Of a stretch of 64,000 bases of DNA, positions 59,107 through 64,000 are shown one piece after another. How positions within the stretch are numbered: the first letter of the stretch is position 1; each line of letters opens with the position of its first letter. Below the pieces are notes generated by a model. It saw only the letters and a program-made list of their open reading frames with translations, was not told the origin of the DNA and searched no databases. The DNA comes from a virus. Location: the IMG/VR virus record IMGVR_UViG_3300048838_001273, positions 1 through 64,000 of that record; one strand, given 5' to 3'. Made by a program: the position numbers and the translations under genes.

Positions 59107-59199
59107 TGTTTTTGAAAAAAAATAAAAATATTTTTATAGACCTCTGGAAAAATAAATACTTGATGTTTTACAAAAAGTTACATTTTTTTATAAAAATTT

Positions 59200-61245
59200 T
59201 CACTCTTTTTTTATAACATTCTGTCTTTTACGTAATTGCGCCAACTTTTCTTTTATAAATTTTTCATTATCTTGTGGTGCATCCGGGTCAATTAACCTGT
59301 CATTAACATCTATTTCAGTATTAATATTTTTTTGAACTGGTGGTAAAATTTCTTTTCTTTCTTGAATTTCGGGTAGTGTTTCAACTGATTCTTGCACAAT
59401 ATTAGGTACGTCTTTTAACTCGACTTCCTTTTCAATGACATTAGTATAAAAGGTTTCACCAGTCCAACTATCCATTATAAAATCAGTATCTGTTGTGTTT
59501 ATTCCCTCATTTACTCCCTCACTTACTCCCTCATTTACACCATCACTTACACCATCAGGTTCGTCAGTAGCTTCTTCATCTATTTCTAATATACTTCCAG
59601 TACTCGGCACTACAATATCTTCTACAGTCTCAGGCACATTATTTCCAGTTTTACCGGACATCAAATCTTCTAAACTATCTTTATACGATTGAATTTTACC
59701 GGGTTTTACAGCATCATTTGGAGTATCATTTACGGCATCATCTTTCAGTTTTCCCTCAATTATATTTCCATAATACTCACTAACAGGTATATGAATAGCA
59801 GTACCTGTCTTATTTGTCTTATCTTCCAATTTGTCAATATCTGGAGTATCGTGGTGCTTGATGTTTTTACTCATCTTGCTATACTTATACCTGTCATCTT
59901 CGATTTTGATTTCCATTGTATCATTATTGAAGATACAGTTCGTAAAAGTCTGACCGTCTTGTGCAAACCTTGCTTTAATAATTCTGATATTAGCAAGATG
60001 TGCTTCTTTTTGTTCAGGAGTTTTTGCCACACTCATGAAAAAGTGTGCTTTTTGTACTCTCTTTATATTACCACCAGTTTGATGAACCTCAACGAATTCA
60101 GAATCGAAACCACTACGGTTTGACTGAATTGCAGTCCATGCAGGAATATTCAAATCTCCGGCAAGTGCTTCGAATGATTTAACAATTACAAGTTCAGCTT
60201 CATTTCTATCTGCAGTTTTTTTATGAGATTCCAAACAATCCAGATAATCCAAAACAATTTCATCAAAAACATATCCATATTTTTTCTGATGCCTTGTAAT
60301 CCAGTTACGAATATCCATCATAGTGGTGTTCTCCTGACTAAATTTCTTAATCATGAGTTTACCTCTACCCCTTTTTCTTAATTCATCGGCTTTTTCATGT
60401 GAAAGTTTAGTTACTCTCTCATTTTCATCATCTTCATTTAACTGGCTCAACTTAGATTTTGTCCAAATTGTAAAGTGCTTTCTCTGAATCTGTTCTACAG
60501 TATCTTCGAAGACGATTTGAAGTACGTTTTTACCAACTTCAAGTCCGGTATTTGCTATTTTTGTTAGTAATGTTGTTTTACCAACACCCGATGGTGTTAA
60601 TATTACACCAATTTCTCCCTTACCTAACCCACCACCAGTAAGTACGTCAATAACTTCAACACCAGTGGGTATTGTTTCTCTGAATTCTTTTCTTAATGCC
60701 TTTTCAATGTTATCTGTAACTTCAGTACCATAATCTTCTTCTTCACCAATATGTGAGATTTTCAAGAATTTTTCTTCAATATAACCAAGAGTGTGTTTAT
60801 GTTTTATTTCACCACTTTTGGTTTTAGCTAAAATATATTCACCTATCTTCCTGTATTCCTGTTGTTTAATGAAATTATTGGTTGCCTTTTGTACAACAAT
60901 ACCGTCATAAAGCATTTCTTTATTTAAAACCCTTTCATTCCATAATTCAACACGTTTAATTACAGCAAATAAGGATTCTTCCTCGATTATGTTGTTCGGA
61001 GTTTTATAAGAATTAATTGCAAGATGTATACTTTTATTTTGAAGATTTGGTACTTTTTCATACTCTTTATAATACTCCAAAATGATGAGAAACAGCCTTT
61101 TTAAATAAGGGTCATCAAAGTATTCTACTTCTAAATTTGGTATTGTTTTTTCTGCAAACTCCGGTTCTACAAGCAATTGCCACATTAGGCTTTGTTGAAA
61201 ATCAGGACCGAGATATGCAGAAAATGTATTTGTACTATCACTCAT
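59200..61245 (-). CDS. dnaB: Replicative DnaB/T4 gp41-like helicase with acidic C-terminal extension
   Basis: 'IPTG', 'GGGL', Walker A 'TPSGVGKT', 'VLDYLD', 'WTAIQSNR', 'KARF'. Confidence 0.9.
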   Translation of the reverse strand: MSDSTNTFSAYLGPDFQQSLMWQLLVEPEFAEKTIPNLEVEYFDDPYLKRLFLIILEYYKEYEKVPNLQNKSIHLAINSYKTPNNIIEEESLFAVIKRVELWNERVLNKEMLYDGIVVQKATNNFIKQQEYRKIGEYILAKTKSGEIKHKHTLGYIEEKFLKISHIGEEEDYGTEVTDNIEKALRKEFRETIPTGVEVIDVLTGGGLGKGEIGVILTPSGVGKTTLLTKIANTGLEVGKNVLQIVFEDTVEQIQRKHFTIWTKSKLSQLNEDDENERVTKLSHEKADELRKRGRGKLMIKKFSQENTTMMDIRNWITRHQKKYGYVFDEIVLDYLDCLESHKKTADRNEAELVIVKSFEALAGDLNIPAWTAIQSNRSGFDSEFVEVHQTGGNIKRVQKAHFFMSVAKTPEQKEAHLANIRIIKARFAQDGQTFTNCIFNNDTMEIKIEDDRYKYSKMSKNIKHHDTPDIDKLEDKTNKTGTAIHIPVSEYYGNIIEGKLKDDAVNDTPNDAVKPGKIQSYKDSLEDLMSGKTGNNVPETVEDIVVPSTGSILEIDEEATDEPDGVSDGVNEGVSEGVNEGINTTDTDFIMDSWTGETFYTNVIEKEVELKDVPNIVQESVETLPEIQERKEILPPVQKNINTEIDVNDRLIDPDAPQDNEKFIKEKLAQLRKRQNVIKKE

Positions 61246-61339
61246 TATTAATATGTGTCAAAAAAAGGGAATAGTTGCAGAAGAAAGAAGAAAACTTATG
61301 AAAAAATATGAAATAGCAACTATTCCCCAATACAGTTAT

Positions 61340-61987
61340 TTAATTTCTGTTGAGTTTCCTCAACATCTCTCCCCTTTTAGCAGGAGAAAGTTCACGAATC
61401 TGATTGATTGACAATCCCCTGATGTTAATCAAATCATAATCGTCCCACATATTACAAATGTCGTTTCTTTTAATTTTATTCTGTATAATATCTGCAGCCT
61501 CAACGATTGCGTCAATTAAATCCACTGACCATCTGGCAACCGGATTAAATCCATCAACGTAAAATAATCTCTCAACAATTGGTTTATCATTAATGTAAAA
61601 ACCCATTTTACATTCAACCCCTCTTATTACCTTTTCTTCAATCTGTTGAGTAATGGAGTTTGGTGAATATCTCATATCCTCTCTCCATTCTTTGGGGTAG
61701 AGACTAATCATTTTTTGGTGATACTGGAATAAATCGTATACTTTGTTTTCAGAATCGGGTGTGGTAGTATCAATTCTACCGACATCTGCAATAACATCAT
61801 AATTTCTTTTAGAAAGTGTCTTTTGTAGTTTAGTGATTGTTTTTGGTAAAACTTCCCGGATATCAATTGAATGTCTGGTGAAGGGATTAAATTGATTTGC
61901 ATCAAAAACTTTCTCTCCCAATAAAACATCTTCTTGGTATACTGAGAATCTAAACTGGTTGGAATAATCCTTCTCTTTCTCGTTCAT
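61340..61987 (-). CDS. Hypothetical protein (replication block)
   Basis: 215-aa ORF; TATATTTG (-7 box) at 62022..62029 upstream. Confidence 0.7.
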   Translation of the reverse strand: MNEKEKDYSNQFRFSVYQEDVLLGEKVFDANQFNPFTRHSIDIREVLPKTITKLQKTLSKRNYDVIADVGRIDTTTPDSENKVYDLFQYHQKMISLYPKEWREDMRYSPNSITQQIEEKVIRGVECKMGFYINDKPIVERLFYVDGFNPVARWSVDLIDAIVEAADIIQNKIKRNDICNMWDDYDLINIRGLSINQIRELSPAKRGEMLRKLNRN

Positions 61988-62059
61988 TTTAATTTATATT
62001 AAAAGGTTAATACTATAGGGACAAATATAACTACAAAACATCAAAAGTAAAAGACTTTT

Positions 62060-63112
62060 TTATAAAGTTCTTGATTTATTTTTTTGATATTCTGTAAGTA
62101 GCTGTTTCTCATTCATGATGACTGAATAAAAAGGTTCGACATAATTCGGAAATGTGCTTGTGTAGACAGTGAGAAACTCATCTTCAAGCATCATTTTATA
62201 TAAATTTTTGCTTCCACGGTCTTCCGGTGAGAGGGGAGCATCTAACTGCAACAACTCTTCTTTGGCATTTTCTGTAAGCATTGGTTGTCTTAAATTAACT
62301 AATTGAAAATTGGTCTTTAGTCTTTCTATATTATTAATTAGGTTTTCCAGTGCTTTTAATGGTTTCTTTTTCTCCAATGCTCGTTGTTTATTTATTTCAT
62401 CGGCTTTGGCACAAATTTCACGAACCGTCAAATGCTTAAAACTCAATTCGGGAAAATATTTTAATAACGTGTCTTCCTTTACACCACCAACACCTTTGAT
62501 GTTGTCAGCAGGGTCACCACAAATAATTTTCAATGCAAGTGCATTTGAATAGTGGTGATTAAAATGCATCATATAATTTATTTTGGTAACTGGTTGTTCT
62601 ATGTTTGCGAACAGGATTGTTATATTTAAATCGAGTAATTGTGCGAAATCCCTATCATTACTATATAAAAAAATCTCTTCTTTATTATTATAATGTAAGC
62701 AATATGCAGCAATTAAATCATCGGCTTCGACATCATCGACCTCAATCTGTCTTATAAATAATTCTTCTGCATATGCTTGAATTCTTTTTCTTTGATTTAA
62801 AATGGATTCCTCTTTTTCTTTCTCCCTGCGAATTTCAGAAGCAGTCATCTCAATTTTTTTGTACCATTCTTTGGTTTTACGGTTTGCTTTATATTCTCTA
62901 TCAATCCGGTGACGCATAACGCCCCCACCTTCACCGTCCCAAACAAGAACAACCTTATTGATTTTATGTTCTTTAATAAGTTTTCGAACCGTAGTCATAA
63001 ATGAATAAAGTCCACCTATATGTCCAAATTTAGACGTATAGGTGTCCTTTGCACCATGAAACGAGCGTTTCAAAAGGAAAGAGGAATCCACTAACAAAGT
63101 TCTGATTTTCAT
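62060..63112 (-). CDS. 5'-3' exonuclease / flap endonuclease (T4 RNase H, PolI N-terminal family)
   Basis: 'LLVD', 'VWDG', 'YKANR', 'EADDLIA', 'SNDRDFAQL', 'GDPADNIKGV.G'. Confidence 0.9.
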   Translation of the reverse strand: MKIRTLLVDSSFLLKRSFHGAKDTYTSKFGHIGGLYSFMTTVRKLIKEHKINKVVLVWDGEGGGVMRHRIDREYKANRKTKEWYKKIEMTASEIRREKEKEESILNQRKRIQAYAEELFIRQIEVDDVEADDLIAAYCLHYNNKEEIFLYSNDRDFAQLLDLNITILFANIEQPVTKINYMMHFNHHYSNALALKIICGDPADNIKGVGGVKEDTLLKYFPELSFKHLTVREICAKADEINKQRALEKKKPLKALENLINNIERLKTNFQLVNLRQPMLTENAKEELLQLDAPLSPEDRGSKNLYKMMLEDEFLTVYTSTFPNYVEPFYSVIMNEKQLLTEYQKNKSRTL

Positions 63113-63999
63113 CCTATTTCTAAGATTTCCCCAGCTTTTATTTCGGTAAATTTATCTTCGATGTCTTCAACATTAACATCTGAACCAAGTGCATTTCTGA
63201 AATACAATAAATTATCTTTTTTGTATTCATCAATGCCTTCAGGTACAATAAATCCATGCGGTGTTGATATGATTTTACCTTCGAATGAAACACCACCAAG
63301 TTCACAGTCAATCTGGTTCTTAGCAACGCTTACGTTGGTTTCAATACCGTATGTAACACTACGTTTTTTACTTGTAGCTTCTACCTTTTTAGTTCCGTGT
63401 GCTGCAACACCACCGAAATGATAAATAAGACGTGAACCATAATAAAATGTCTCACCACCTTTATGTTTTACAACACCCATACCCATGTTATCAATCCAGA
63501 TTTTCTGAACTCCAATAACAGTATTGGTATATGGTTTATTTTCTTTTCTGCTGCTTGGAATTGTATTATTGAGCAGGTATTTGAATTGTTTTTCAAATGC
63601 TCCGGCATTCCACATGTTGTTATCACTTGTGTTATTTTCCTGTGCCATGATTGTTCTGTTGCAATCAAGTGTTCCAAGTGAATCAATTGCAAATAATAAA
63701 TCAAATGGTAGATTTCCGGCATCCTGCTCATCAATAAAATAATCAATAGCATCTTTCAAGTCTTCAATACTTGCTTCTTTTCTTTTGGGGTCTCTTTTCT
63801 TTCCGAAATTATTAAGAAGATAATCATTATTTACCTCATAATAAAAACCACTTTCCCAATCAAATCCCATCTTTGATAAACGTTCTCTACCTAAGTTATT
63901 TTCGGTATCGATTATAATTGGAAGTACGCCCATTTTCTGAGCATTAACAATACCTTCACATATTGCAGTTGATTTACCAGTATTACTGAAACCACGTGC
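63109..63999 (-). CDS. recA: RecA/UvsX-like recombinase (5' end beyond the window)
   Basis: Frame stays open to the window edge and encodes Walker A 'GFSNTGKS', then 'IDTEN', Walker B 'AIDSLG', 'GG..F.Y', 'KNQ'. Confidence 0.8.
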   Translation of the reverse strand, partial: ARGFSNTGKSTAICEGIVNAQKMGVLPIIIDTENNLGRERLSKMGFDWESGFYYEVNNDYLLNNFGKKRDPKRKEASIEDLKDAIDYFIDEQDAGNLPFDLLFAIDSLGTLDCNRTIMAQENNTSDNNMWNAGAFEKQFKYLLNNTIPSSRKENKPYTNTVIGVQKIWIDNMGMGVVKHKGGETFYYGSRLIYHFGGVAAHGTKKVEATSKKRSVTYGIETNVSVAKNQIDCELGGVSFEGKIISTPHGFIVPEGIDEYKKDNLLYFRNALGSDVNVEDIEDKFTEIKAGEILEIG

Positions 64000-64000
64000 A

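Noticed and set aside
2922-59159. TATAAATA as T4-type late promoters firing on the plus strand
   Set aside because: There are no plus-strand genes, and the motif's position is fixed relative to minus-strand starts
126-63742. Numerous short plus-strand and nested minus-strand ORFs in the ORF track
   Set aside because: They overlap long minus-strand genes with recognisable motifs and show antisense/shadow composition
1-64000. Alternative genetic code (stop-codon reassignment)
   Set aside because: Long genes are intact in the standard code and coding density is high; the two broken genes involve frame changes, not in-frame stops

Overview
This is a 64-kb segment of a large, AT-rich, T4-like (myovirus-type) jumbo phage genome. 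Every credible gene is on the minus strand in the standard code. Host-type promoters (TTG-N19-20-TAnnTTTG) and a BACON-like tail protein point to a Bacteroidetes host. Left to right it holds: baseplate wedge genes; a glycosyltransferase; a HAD phosphatase plus 2H phosphodiesterase pair; a split GIY-YIG homing endonuclease; a 2174-aa multi-enzyme protein (3 kinase-like domains, GNAT, ParB-like, CCA-adding enzyme) whose domains are separated by L/I-x-E motifs resembling prohead-protease sites; WYL and NUDIX proteins; a family B DNA polymerase; a QueC-like protein; an SNF2 helicase with an Ala-start (class 3) intein; ~28 kb of paralogous tail-fibre-like genes with an embedded glycosyltransferase and a frameshifted methyltransferase; and finally a DnaB-like helicase, a 5'-3' exonuclease and a partial RecA/UvsX. 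The most unusual element is at 55.3-59.2 kb. An ARPP-like gene and a Ro60-sized helical+vWA gene lie just downstream of an RNA operon containing tRNA-Met and four Y-RNA-like RNAs that share an end-paired stem with a GUGUUUACAGUAA motif. One is a complete circularly permuted tRNA, one is a tRNA with the stem inserted in its D-loop, and one shows only an anticodon-like hairpin. Family assignments come from motif recognition and hand folding; no database searches were run.
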